Source: an uncultured Gemmatimonadales bacterium
GTDB lineage: Bacteria; Gemmatimonadota; Gemmatimonadetes; Longimicrobiales; Longimicrobiaceae
Assembly: GCA_963716255.1 (NCBI GenBank)
Contig: OY970303.1
Coordinates: forward strand, 32,001 to 96,000
DNA length: 64,000 bases
Direction: 5' to 3'
Part shown: positions 25,207 to 34,136 of the stretch, piece after piece
Layout of the letters: every line of letters starts with the position of its first letter
Numbering within the stretch: position 1 is the stretch's first letter
The notes under the pieces: generated by a model
The model's input: the letters and a program-made list of their open reading frames with translations, nothing else
What the model was told of the DNA's origin: nothing
Databases searched by the model: none
Position numbers and translations under genes: made by a program

Positions 25207-26029
25207 ACGGCTCCAGGATGGCGCGGTTGCGAATGGACGTGTGGGAAAGGTAGTTCCACCCCTTGAGCTCCACCCCGCTCCCCACCCAGCTGTCGACGAT
25301 GCGGCACCCCGGCCCCACCACCGTCTCCTCGCCGATGGTGGTCTGTCCCTCCAGCACCACCCCCGGGTAGACCACCGCGTCGCGTCCGATGCGGACGTCC
25401 AGGTCCACCCACGAGGTGTGCGGCAGGAGGAAGCTGACGCCCGCGTCCATCAGCGCCCCCACCAGGCGGTCGCGCAGCAGCTCGGACGCGCGGGCGAGAG
25501 AGCGCCGGTCGCGGACCACCAGCGCGCTCTCCCCGCCCGCCAGGCGGGGTGCGTCCCCCGCTTCGGCGGCCAGCGCGGCGAAGCCCCGCCAGCGGCCCAG
25601 GCGCCGGCGCGCGGCGTCCAGGTCCATGCAGGCGGCGGCCACGCCCGCGCCGTCGGCCAGGAACAAGTCGCAGGGAGAGTCCAGGAGCGCCTGGAGCCCG
25701 GAGGTCAGCAGCGGGGCCCGCGCGTCCACCAGCAGGAAGCGCTCGTCCGGGTCACCCGCCTCCTCCACCGCGCTCCAGGAGTCCTCCCCGGAGCGCTCGA
25801 ACACGCGGATCCCGTCCCAGGCGTCCCGGAAAGGATCCGGGCCGACCTCGCGGTCGGCCAGCAGCAGGATGCGAGACGGCGCCGGCCGGAGCGCGGCCAG
25901 CGCGGAAACGGCGTGCCAGGCCAGCGGGCGCCCGGCGAGCGGGTGCAGGAAAGTGGGAAGCCGTGACGCCATCCGATCGTCGTCCGGCTCCGAGCGCGCC
26001 AGGACGATGCCGGTCCAGGCCGCGGCCAC
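25184..26029 (-). CDS. Shortened, divergent GlmU-like protein
   Basis: RMASRLPTFLHPLAGRP at the N-terminus; LMDAGV..DLDVRIGRDAVVYPGVVLEG hexapeptide repeats; only about 281 aa. Confidence 0.75.
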   Translation of the reverse strand: MAAAWTGIVLARSEPDDDRMASRLPTFLHPLAGRPLAWHAVSALAALRPAPSRILLLADREVGPDPFRDAWDGIRVFERSGEDSWSAVEEAGDPDERFLLVDARAPLLTSGLQALLDSPCDLFLADGAGVAAACMDLDAARRRLGRWRGFAALAAEAGDAPRLAGGESALVVRDRRSLARASELLRDRLVGALMDAGVSFLLPHTSWVDLDVRIGRDAVVYPGVVLEGQTTIGEETVVGPGCRIVDSWVGSGVELKGWNYLSHTSIRNRAILEPYVRRGYD

Positions 26030-26034
26030 GGGAC

Positions 26035-26409
26035 TCAGGGCGCGTGGGCCCGGAGGGAGTTGCCCACGATCCGGTTCTCGTCGTCCACGAAGACGAAGGC
26101 GGGCCGGTAGTTCGTCAGCTCGGCCTCCTCGTACTGCCCGTAGGACATGATGATCACCCGGTCGCCGGCGTGCACCAGGCGAGCCGCGGCGCCGTTGAGG
26201 CAGATCTCCCCCGCCCCGCGCTCCCCGGTGATCACGTACGTCTCGAAGCGCGCCCCGTTGTTGATGTCGACCACCTGGACCTTCTCGTACTCGATCAGGT
26301 CGGCGGCCTCCATGAGGTCCGGGTCGATGGTGATCGACCCGACGTAGTTCAGATCCGCCCCGGTGACCGTGGCGCGGTGGATCTTGGACTTGCACATGGT
26401 CCGCTGCAT
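26035..26409 (-). CDS. panD: Aspartate 1-decarboxylase
   Basis: [29 protein letters not shown]. Confidence 0.97.
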   Translation of the reverse strand: MQRTMCKSKIHRATVTGADLNYVGSITIDPDLMEAADLIEYEKVQVVDINNGARFETYVITGERGAGEICLNGAAARLVHAGDRVIIMSYGQYEEAELTNYRPAFVFVDDENRIVGNSLRAHAP

Positions 26410-26435
26410 GGGACTCCTTCCGGAGGGGGGCGTGT

Positions 26436-27284
26436 TCAAAGGATGCCGTTGTCGATGAGCCGGGTGCTCCCGACCCGGCCGGCCACGGCGCAAACCATGC
26501 CGGGAAATACATGCTCCACGGGCGCCAGCGTGGCCGGGTCCACGATCTCGGCGTACTCCACCCGGACTCCCGGTACGGCGAGCGCGCTGCGCGCGGCGTC
26601 GCGAAGGACGCCGCCGTCCGTCTCCCCGGAGGCGAAGAGCGCCCGGACCGCCTCCACCGCGCGGGGCAGGGCGAGCGCCCGCGCCCGCTCCTCGGGCGAC
26701 AGGTAGACGTTGCGGGAGCTCATCGCCAGCCCGTCCGGCTCCCGGACGATGGGCGCCACGTCCACCTCCAGGGGCATGTCCAGGTCCGCCACCATGCGGC
26801 GGACGAGGAGCGCCTGCTGCAGGTCCTTCTGCCCGAAAACCGCCACGTCCGGCGTGAACACGCCGAACAGCTTGGCGACCACCGTGAGCACGCCGCGGAA
26901 GTGCCCGGGGCGCGCCGCCCCGCAGAGCCGGTCCTCCAGCGACGGGTCGGCGACCACGGAAACCCGCGGCTCGCCGCCCGGGTACATCTCCGCCGCGGAC
27001 GGCGCGAAGACCAGGTCCACCCCGCGCTCCTCCGCCAGCCCCAGGTCGCGCTCCAGGTCGCGCGGGTAGCGGTCCAGGTCCTCCGCCGGGCCGAACTGGA
27101 GCGGGTTGACGAAGATGGAGAGCGCCACGCACCCGGCGCGCGCCCGCGCCCGGTCCACCAGAGACAGGTGCCCCTCGTGCAGGTAGCCCATGGTGGGCAC
27201 CAGCGCGACACGGTGCCCCTCCTCCCGGGCCGCGGCGGTCGCGGCGCGCACCTCGGCCCTGGTGCGGACGACCCGCATGGTCAT
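26436..27284 (-). CDS. panC: Pantoate--beta-alanine ligase
   Basis: [41 protein letters not shown]. Confidence 0.97.
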   Translation of the reverse strand: MTMRVVRTRAEVRAATAAAREEGHRVALVPTMGYLHEGHLSLVDRARARAGCVALSIFVNPLQFGPAEDLDRYPRDLERDLGLAEERGVDLVFAPSAAEMYPGGEPRVSVVADPSLEDRLCGAARPGHFRGVLTVVAKLFGVFTPDVAVFGQKDLQQALLVRRMVADLDMPLEVDVAPIVREPDGLAMSSRNVYLSPEERARALALPRAVEAVRALFASGETDGGVLRDAARSALAVPGVRVEYAEIVDPATLAPVEHVFPGMVCAVAGRVGSTRLIDNGIL

Positions 27285-28105
27285 TCGAAGGTGTGCTCGG
27301 CGGCTGGATACTCGCCCGACCGGACGGCTTCGACGTAGCCGCCGACGGCCGCGCGCGTGGCCTCGCCCAGCTCGCCGAAGCGGCGCAGGAAGCGCGGCGT
27401 GAACCCCTCGTTGAGCCCCAGCATGTCGTGGAGCACCAGCACCTGCCCGTCGCACCCGGCGCCCGCGCCGATCCCGATGGTGGGGATGGACAGCCCGGCC
27501 GTCACCGCCACGGCGAGGGGGCCGGGGACCAGCTCCAGCACCACGGAAAAGGCGCCCGCGTCCTCCACCGCCCGCGCCTCGGCCAGCAGCCGCTCGAGCC
27601 CGCCCTCCTCGCGCCCCTGCACCCGCGTCCCGATGGTGTTCACCGACTGCGGGGTGAACCCCAGGTGGGCCATGACGGGGATCCCCACCCGCACCAGGTC
27701 GCGGATGGTGTCCGCGATCTCCGGGGAGCCGCCCTCCAGCTTCACCGCGGCAGCGCCTGTCTCCTTGAGGACGCGTCCGGCGTTGCGGATGGCCTCTTCG
27801 CGCGAGACCTGGTAGGTGAGGAAGGGGAGATCCACCACCAGGAGCGCACGGCGCACGCCGCGGCGCACGGCGCGCGCGTGGTGGATCATGTCGTCCAGGG
27901 TCACCGGGAGAGTGGAGTCGTATCCCAGGACGACCTGCGCCAGCGAATCCCCCACCAGCACCACGTCCGTGCCCGCCTCGTCGACCAGCCGGGCGAAGAG
28001 GTAGTCGTACGCAGTGAGGGCGGCGATCTTCTCGCCACGCCGCTTCATCTCCCGGAGCGTCGTCGTGGTGACGCCCCGGCCCGAACCCGCGCTCTGAACG
28101 GACAT
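27281..28105 (-). CDS. panB: 3-methyl-2-oxobutanoate hydroxymethyltransferase
   Basis: LTAYD, LVGDS, VKLEGG, HLGFTPQ, IGIGAG..DGQVLV. Confidence 0.97.
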   Translation of the reverse strand: MSVQSAGSGRGVTTTTLREMKRRGEKIAALTAYDYLFARLVDEAGTDVVLVGDSLAQVVLGYDSTLPVTLDDMIHHARAVRRGVRRALLVVDLPFLTYQVSREEAIRNAGRVLKETGAAAVKLEGGSPEIADTIRDLVRVGIPVMAHLGFTPQSVNTIGTRVQGREEGGLERLLAEARAVEDAGAFSVVLELVPGPLAVAVTAGLSIPTIGIGAGAGCDGQVLVLHDMLGLNEGFTPRFLRRFGELGEATRAAVGGYVEAVRSGEYPAAEHTFE

Positions 28106-28205
28106 AAGCTCTCCGGCACCTGGAAATTGCGCCGTGACACACACGTCGCGCACCCGTCACGGCGCCGAGCTTCTCCGCTCCTCTCTGGCGGGTTGACCGC
28201 CCGAA

Positions 28206-28234
28206 AAGCTAATCCCATTTTGGGGGGGTGTCAA
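28206..28234 (-). promoter_or_regulatory. Putative panBCD promoter overlapping the rqcH start
   Basis: TTGACA-17-TAGCTT. Confidence 0.6.
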
Positions 28235-29925
28235 ACCCGATCCGGTACGATCCCGTGCTCGTCCGTGCCCTGGCACGCGAGCTGGACGAGCGCCTCCGCG
28301 GCCGCCACGCGAGCCCGTCCCTCCTGTTCTCGCCGGACCTTTCCGCCACGCTGGTGCTGGACGGGCGGGAAGCGCTGCGCTTCGACCTGCATCCCGCCCG
28401 AGGCTGGGCGCGCATCGTCCCCGCCCCCGACGACGCCGACGACGAGCCGGACGCGCGCATCACCGGCGTGTCCGCCCCGCCGGACGAGCGCGTCCTGTTC
28501 ATCGGCCTCGCCGACCCGGCCTCCTTCGGGAGCTCGCGGCGGCGGATGGTCGTGGAGCTGCACACCAACCAGTGGAACGCGCTCCTCACCGCCGGCGAGG
28601 ACGAGCGCATCATCGCCGTGCTGCGCGGGCGCGACGCGGGGGAGCGGGCGCTCCGCATCGGGGCACGCTACCGCTCGCCGCCGCCCTCGCACCGCTTCGG
28701 CACCGGCGACGAGTCGCGCGAGGACGCCTGGGACGCGTGGCGCACGCTGATGGGCCGCGTCGCCCCGGCGGACCGCCCCACGGCCGCCGTGCGCAACTTC
28801 GCCTGGACGAGCCCGCTCACCGCCGGTCCCGTGCTGGACGGCGCGGCGCGCTCGGCGGACGAGGGGGAGCTGGAGGCGGCCTTCGGGCGGTGGTGGGCGC
28901 TGCGCACCGGCGCGGGGGCGGGCCCGGTGCTGCTGGAGCGGAAGCGCGGGGTGCAGCCCTTTCCCTTCGTCCTCCCGGGGATTCCCTCGCGCCCGGCGGC
29001 CTCGCTGCTGGCGGCGATGGACGCCGCCGCGGCGGAGGCGGCCGTGGAGCCGGCGGACGAGGGCCGCGACGCCGAGAAGCTGCTGCGCGGCGCCCGCCGG
29101 CGGCTGGCGTCGGCGGAGGGACGGGCGCGCAGCCTCTACCGCCAGCTGGAATCTGCGGGCGAGGCGGAGCGGATGCGACGCCTGGGCGACACGCTCCTGG
29201 CGCACCTCCACCTGGTGCCCCCCGGCGCGTCCGTCGCGCGGCTCCCGGACCTGGAGGACGGCCAGCGGGAGATCGAGGTGGAGCTGGATCCCACGCTGCG
29301 TCCCCACCAGAACGCGGAGGCGTGGTACGAGAAGGCGCGGCGGCTGGCGCGGGCGGAGGAGCGGCTCCCGGAGCTGATCGAGGCGGCGGAGGCGGAGGCG
29401 GCGCGCTGGCGGGCGGCGATCGAGGCTGCGGAGGCGGAGGGCGGCGCGCTCCCGGAGTGGGCGCTGCGGGCGCTGGAACGCCCCTCCGGCCGCCCCGCCC
29501 CCAGGGCCGACGAGGGGCCGCGCATGCCCTACAAGCTGTTCCGCACCTCGGGCGGGATCGAGGTGCGGGTGGGACGCAGCGCAAAGGACAACGACCTGCT
29601 CACCTTCGGGCACTCGGCGCCGGGGGACGTGTGGATGCACGCGCGCTCGGTCCCGGGGTCGCACGTGGTGCTGCGCTGGGCGGACCCGGCCGCCTCGCCT
29701 CCCGCGCGCGACCTGGAGGAGGCGGCGACGCTGGCGGCGCTGTACAGCAAGGCGCGCACGTCCGGCCTGGTGGCGGTGGACTGGACCCGCCGCAAGCACG
29801 TCCGCAAGCCGCGCGGCGCGCCGCCGGGGATGGTCAGGATCCAGCAGGTGAGGACGCTGTTCGTGGAGCCGGACCCGGCGGTGGAGGAGCGTCTGCGCGA
29901 CGACGCCCCTCCCCCGGCGGCCTGA
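28228..29925 (+). CDS. rqcH: NFACT/RqcH (FbpA-like) ribosome quality-control protein
   Basis: Coiled coil, LDPTL..QNA..Y, VGRSAKDND.LT, WMHARSVPGSHVVL, AALYSKAR, VRKPRGAPPG. Confidence 0.88.
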   Translation: MSNPIRYDPVLVRALARELDERLRGRHASPSLLFSPDLSATLVLDGREALRFDLHPARGWARIVPAPDDADDEPDARITGVSAPPDERVLFIGLADPASFGSSRRRMVVELHTNQWNALLTAGEDERIIAVLRGRDAGERALRIGARYRSPPPSHRFGTGDESREDAWDAWRTLMGRVAPADRPTAAVRNFAWTSPLTAGPVLDGAARSADEGELEAAFGRWWALRTGAGAGPVLLERKRGVQPFPFVLPGIPSRPAASLLAAMDAAAAEAAVEPADEGRDAEKLLRGARRRLASAEGRARSLYRQLESAGEAERMRRLGDTLLAHLHLVPPGASVARLPDLEDGQREIEVELDPTLRPHQNAEAWYEKARRLARAEERLPELIEAAEAEAARWRAAIEAAEAEGGALPEWALRALERPSGRPAPRADEGPRMPYKLFRTSGGIEVRVGRSAKDNDLLTFGHSAPGDVWMHARSVPGSHVVLRWADPAASPPARDLEEAATLAALYSKARTSGLVAVDWTRRKHVRKPRGAPPGMVRIQQVRTLFVEPDPAVEERLRDDAPPPAA

Positions 29926-29964
29926 GCGGACGTCCGTCCGCCCACAAACTTCAGAGGAGATCCC

Positions 29965-30399
29965 ATGAGCACAGCTTCACCCTCAGGCAGTAACGGCGCC
30001 GGACACGCCGGGGCGGATTCCTTTCGCGCCAGCGCCCTCGCGGCCTCGCTGACCGTCCGGGACCTCCAGGAGAGCCTGGCCTGGTACCGCGACGTCGTGG
30101 GCTTCGCCGTGGACCAGCAGTACGAGCGCGACGGCAAGGTGCTGTCGGTGGCGCTGAGGGCCGGGGACGTGCGGATCCTGCTCAACCAGGACGACGGGGC
30201 GAAGGGGCTGGACCGGATCAAGGGCGAGGGCTTCTCGCTGATGCTCACCACGGCCCAGGACGTGGACGGGATCGCGCGCGGAATCCGGGAGCGTGGCGGC
30301 ACCCTCGACACGGAGCCGGCGGACATGCCGTGGGGCGTACGCGCGTTCCGGCTGCGCGACCCGGACGGCTACAGGTTCGCGATCTCATCGGGGAAATAG
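29965..30399 (+). CDS. VOC/glyoxalase family protein
   Basis: LTVRDL..SLAWYRDVVGF, DMPWG.R.F..RDPDG; GGAG RBS. Confidence 0.9.
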   Translation: MSTASPSGSNGAGHAGADSFRASALAASLTVRDLQESLAWYRDVVGFAVDQQYERDGKVLSVALRAGDVRILLNQDDGAKGLDRIKGEGFSLMLTTAQDVDGIARGIRERGGTLDTEPADMPWGVRAFRLRDPDGYRFAISSGK

Positions 30400-30559
30400 C
30401 CCGGCGACACCGTTCAAGTTGAAGCGTCCCGGCGCTTCCGCGCTACTCGAGGCACAACCCGCCGTATGCATGTGGCGGGATAGCTCCGACTCACTTCCAC
30501 GTGACAGGAAGAGCGGATTCCTGGCGATCACCCCCGCGAGGGTGATCGCCTGCCGATTT

Positions 30560-32599
30560 CTACTGTGCTGCTTCGGGAGTCGGCTGGCACTTCCACAGAT
30601 CGGCGGCGCAGATGGCCCGGGCCGCTGCACCCACGTACGCGGTGTCTCGGCTGCTTCGCATACGCAGAACTACGGGAAGCCACCGATCGCGAGATGCGAT
30701 AAGGGCGTCTCGCGTGACACGGAATTGCATCGCTGACCCATGCTGCGTACGAAGCTCGCTGAGCACCTCGGTCAGGGAATCGCGGAGCGCTTGGTTCGCA
30801 ACGGAGTTTCGCGAAACGCTCACCCGCAGCGCCATTCCCTCTGCGACCGCCTGTTTGAGCGACCTTTCGAGCGACTGCTTGGCCGTTCTCTCCGCCGCCA
30901 GTGCAGCGGCGAAGCTGGCCTCTCCTGCCACAAACGCCTGTGAGACCGAGTCTGCCCGCTTCACCGCGTTGGAGCTCTCGGCGACGAGGGTCCCCACGCG
31001 AGAAGCAACCCGGTTCAAGCTGTCATCCTTCTCACGGATCGCCAACTCAAGGTTGGCGCGAGTAGCTTCGGCCCGCGTCGTCCGCAACCTCATTTCCTGC
31101 ACCCGAGCATTCTTTTCCGCCTCGAACGCTTGCAGCCGCAGCAGAAGCGAAGCGACCGCTACGACCACAAGTACAAAGACGCCTCCCCAGACGAGAATCT
31201 GCCTGCGGTACCTGGCCCATCGCCGCTCCGCCTCACGTTCGGCTCGCCAGTCGCGGATACGAGGCACAAGGAATTCGCTTACGATCGTATAGAAGGGAAT
31301 CCCGCGTGGCTCTTCTCGACGGACGAGCCGCGTCTTGCGCCCGTCGAAGTCGGTAAGGATCTCCATGAGTTGTTCACGCGGAACCCCGGTCTCCTGCTGC
31401 ACGTCGTCAAGCAGCGACACCTCGGAGATAATGTTCCGCGTTCCGGAATCAGTGACCATTTGGGAGAGGAGAGCCACCCCTGCGTCGCGCAGTTCCGGTT
31501 TGTAGGCGCTGAGGGCGCCGTCCAGAAATCGCTCCAGGATCACCTGCACTCCCTTTTCCAGCAGCCCAACGCGGTCCGGCGACTCCCACAACTCGCGGCA
31601 GGCGATCTGCACTTCGGTGGGGACCATCTGTCCGGCCCCGATCCGGGTCCGGAACTCTTCTTCCAGGCGCGGGGCCAAGTCCTTCATCTTGCGGGCCACC
31701 TCTGCGCGCGGCTCGCCCGCGGCGGTGGTGCCCTCCGCCTCATGGAATGCGGCGAGCGGACCGTACATGATGGATGAAAGCTGGCCGACGTCCGGAGCGA
31801 CTACGCGGACGTCGTGGTCTCCAAGTTCGGGAACCCGCCCTATCAGCTTGGAGAGCTTGGCCAAGTAGTCCTCCCGGAACGAGAGGACGATCTTTACCGG
31901 GAGTGTGTGGTCCGTGAGCAGATCGACGATCGCGTCGAACACCCTCCGCTGCACGTCCAGCGAAGCTTGGCCGCTGCCTGACCGGGGCGATTCTTCGAAC
32001 AGAGTTATGCTCTCTTCGAACTGATCGAAGATGAGCAACGGACGCGGGCCGGGTCTACGCCGGTCGGCTCCAGCGGTGCGCCCGGTGAGGCGAAGCCTCT
32101 TCAAGCATGCTATTACTGCTTCGATCGAGAGCGGAACCTGTACTTCCCGCGGATCTCCAGGCTCGTCAGCGAAGAATATGGACGGCAGGTATGGCGCACC
32201 CCCGTCAGGTGACGCCGAGATTCGCTCCACCAGGATCTCGCTTCCTTCGATGGACCGGACCCGCAGTCGCTCCGGCCAGAAGCCCTGACGCACAGCCGCC
32301 GGAACAAAGCCGGCATTGATGAGCGAAGACTTACCGACCCCAGACTCGCCATACAGAAGAACTCCTCGGTAAACGGCCACGGAGCGCGTGAGGCGAACGA
32401 TATCGTCAGCGCGAGCAAAAAAGATGGGCGCGTCGGCAAGCGTAAAGGCGCTGATCCCGCGGTACGGGGCAATTAGGGGCGCCGTAGGATCCGGCAGGTA
32501 GCCTGCGAGCGGGGCGTGCTCCGCAGTCGGCACCGCGAGCATGTACTCGCCCATGTGCCCCGGCTGCCCGAATTCGCCGAGGGATGAATTCAAGGTCAT
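30560..32599 (-). CDS. STAND (nSTAND1-like) P-loop NTPase with a single TM and a C-terminal coiled coil
   Basis: APYRGI..F...FFAR, Walker A GESGVGKSSLINAG, Walker B LLIFDQFEE, SFREDYL, TM ILVWGGVFVLVVVAVASLLL. The ATG overlaps the SIR2 stop (ATGA). Confidence 0.85.
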   Translation of the reverse strand: MTLNSSLGEFGQPGHMGEYMLAVPTAEHAPLAGYLPDPTAPLIAPYRGISAFTLADAPIFFARADDIVRLTRSVAVYRGVLLYGESGVGKSSLINAGFVPAAVRQGFWPERLRVRSIEGSEILVERISASPDGGAPYLPSIFFADEPGDPREVQVPLSIEAVIACLKRLRLTGRTAGADRRRPGPRPLLIFDQFEESITLFEESPRSGSGQASLDVQRRVFDAIVDLLTDHTLPVKIVLSFREDYLAKLSKLIGRVPELGDHDVRVVAPDVGQLSSIMYGPLAAFHEAEGTTAAGEPRAEVARKMKDLAPRLEEEFRTRIGAGQMVPTEVQIACRELWESPDRVGLLEKGVQVILERFLDGALSAYKPELRDAGVALLSQMVTDSGTRNIISEVSLLDDVQQETGVPREQLMEILTDFDGRKTRLVRREEPRGIPFYTIVSEFLVPRIRDWRAEREAERRWARYRRQILVWGGVFVLVVVAVASLLLRLQAFEAEKNARVQEMRLRTTRAEATRANLELAIREKDDSLNRVASRVGTLVAESSNAVKRADSVSQAFVAGEASFAAALAAERTAKQSLERSLKQAVAEGMALRVSVSRNSVANQALRDSLTEVLSELRTQHGSAMQFRVTRDALIASRDRWLPVVLRMRSSRDTAYVGAAARAICAADLWKCQPTPEAAQ

Positions 32600-33525
32600 G
32601 CAGACATCTCCTTTCCACTCACCCGCTGGTACAACGAGGGAACGAACTTCCATACGTCCTGCGTGATGAAGAAGATCTGCGGTTCGGCGCCACCGCCGAA
32701 GACCCGCATCAGCAGGGGATCGGGGCAGGGATCCACTGCGTAGGACGTAGGGAAGTCCGCGCGGTCCACCCTCCACCGCAGCGTCTTGAACAGAAGGCGG
32801 AGGTTGTAGTCGGCGAGACTATACCCCACGAAGAGCGTTGGCCACCAGCGCATGAACGTGCGCACCCCCAGCGGAATTGGGTTCACCGGGTCCTTGTCGC
32901 TCATCCGCAGTATGAAATGGATGTAATCTTCGTCCGTGACCACCATCGAGTCGCGCTGCTCGATATCGCCGTGGACTTTGAGGAGGAAAGGCTTGTTCTC
33001 GGGCGGAATCCCGCGCGGGAGGTCGCGCGTCACCTGGTTTTCATCGCGGCTGTAGATACAGTGGTCGAAGTCCTTGCCGGCGACGCCGAGAGCCCGCTCG
33101 AACAGCCGATCGTAGTTCGTGGTGATGATGATGGGGAAAGGCATGTCCGCGAGCGCACGAAGGACCGGCGATGGATGTCTCCCCGTGCTCACATTGCTGG
33201 TGATCTGCTCCACCAGCGCCGGGCGTCCCCTGCGCTGCTGGTATGCCATGGACATCCGCTGCAAGTTGCCCAGCTCCTCGTCGGGAAAGTCGCGGTCGTA
33301 GTTGCACTCCTGAGCTAAATGAGTGGACAGCTGCCGGCCCCGCGGGGGGGCATCCTTCGGGGTGTACTTGAAACGCTCCTGCAACTCCAAGTCGTCCGGG
33401 GAGCTGTGGACCCCAGCGCCCAGGAATAGTATGCACTTACCGCTTCCCACATGCCTCGCGACTTCTTCCATCTGAGAATCACCGGGATCGGCAACCGACG
33501 CGGGTACCTTTCGTTCGACGCTCAT
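32596..33525 (-). CDS. SIR2-like (SIR2_2) NAD-binding protein
   Basis: LFLGAG, ITTNYD, KVHGD, LFVGYSLAD. Confidence 0.9.
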   Translation of the reverse strand: MSVERKVPASVADPGDSQMEEVARHVGSGKCILFLGAGVHSSPDDLELQERFKYTPKDAPPRGRQLSTHLAQECNYDRDFPDEELGNLQRMSMAYQQRRGRPALVEQITSNVSTGRHPSPVLRALADMPFPIIITTNYDRLFERALGVAGKDFDHCIYSRDENQVTRDLPRGIPPENKPFLLKVHGDIEQRDSMVVTDEDYIHFILRMSDKDPVNPIPLGVRTFMRWWPTLFVGYSLADYNLRLLFKTLRWRVDRADFPTSYAVDPCPDPLLMRVFGGGAEPQIFFITQDVWKFVPSLYQRVSGKEMSA

Positions 33526-33911
33526 GCGAGGACTTGAAAGTGGGAAGTGAGCTGTAGAGGTCGTGAATACGGAGAAAGCAGCTTGTCAGGCGAGGACCGT
33601 CTCGGCGCACTCAGGGAAGCAGCCCGCCTATCCGCGGGTACAGAGCCGGGTCAAACCGCACGCACGCCGCTCATGAGTATTACCTACCATGGCAGCGATA
33701 AACGCCGGGTACCGGGCTTCTCCCAGAATGATAGCACGTTGTCCGTGAAAATCACGAAAAATTTGTCTGGGGCCAGAAAAACTTCATACTCACCATTTGT
33801 CTCATACCTCTCCAAGTGCGGTAGCCCACGCGGGTTCAGCCATCCCCGCGGGTCACTGCCGCTTGAGTCGGATCTACTCCGGCTCGGAAGTCGCAGCTTC
33901 GGCTCACCCGC

Positions 33912-33969
33912 GGAACGGCAAACGGCGGAACGGCACCTGATCGGTCGCCGTTCCGCCGTTTGCCGTTCC
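33912..33969. repeat. Perfect 23-bp inverted repeat with a 12-nt loop
   Basis: GGAACGGCAAACGGCGGAACGGC / GCCGTTCCGCCGTTTGCCGTTCC. Confidence 0.85.
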
Positions 33970-34122
33970 CGTAGTTCCCATATTATGTCACGGAGGGAGA
34001 CTCGCCGGCTGTTTGGCGAGGCTCCCTCCAGCGAGGGGAGACCCGGGGGCAGTTTCCCGGGGCTCCCGGAGCCCGCGGAGGAGACCGGCAGCAGTATCGC
34101 CGGGCTCCGCAGCGGCCCGCCA
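33962..34122 (+). repeat. Intergenic repeat family A, copy 2
   Basis: Three GGAGAC..GGCTC hairpin modules. Confidence 0.88.
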
Positions 34123-34136
34123 CGACAGCAGGAAGC

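Noticed and set aside
30560..33525. Assignment to Thoeris, DSR, SIR2-HerA or Avs
   Set aside because: No SLOG/Macro or TIR partner, no long DSR tail, the NTPase is not HerA-like, and SIR2 is not fused to a TPR-bearing STAND.
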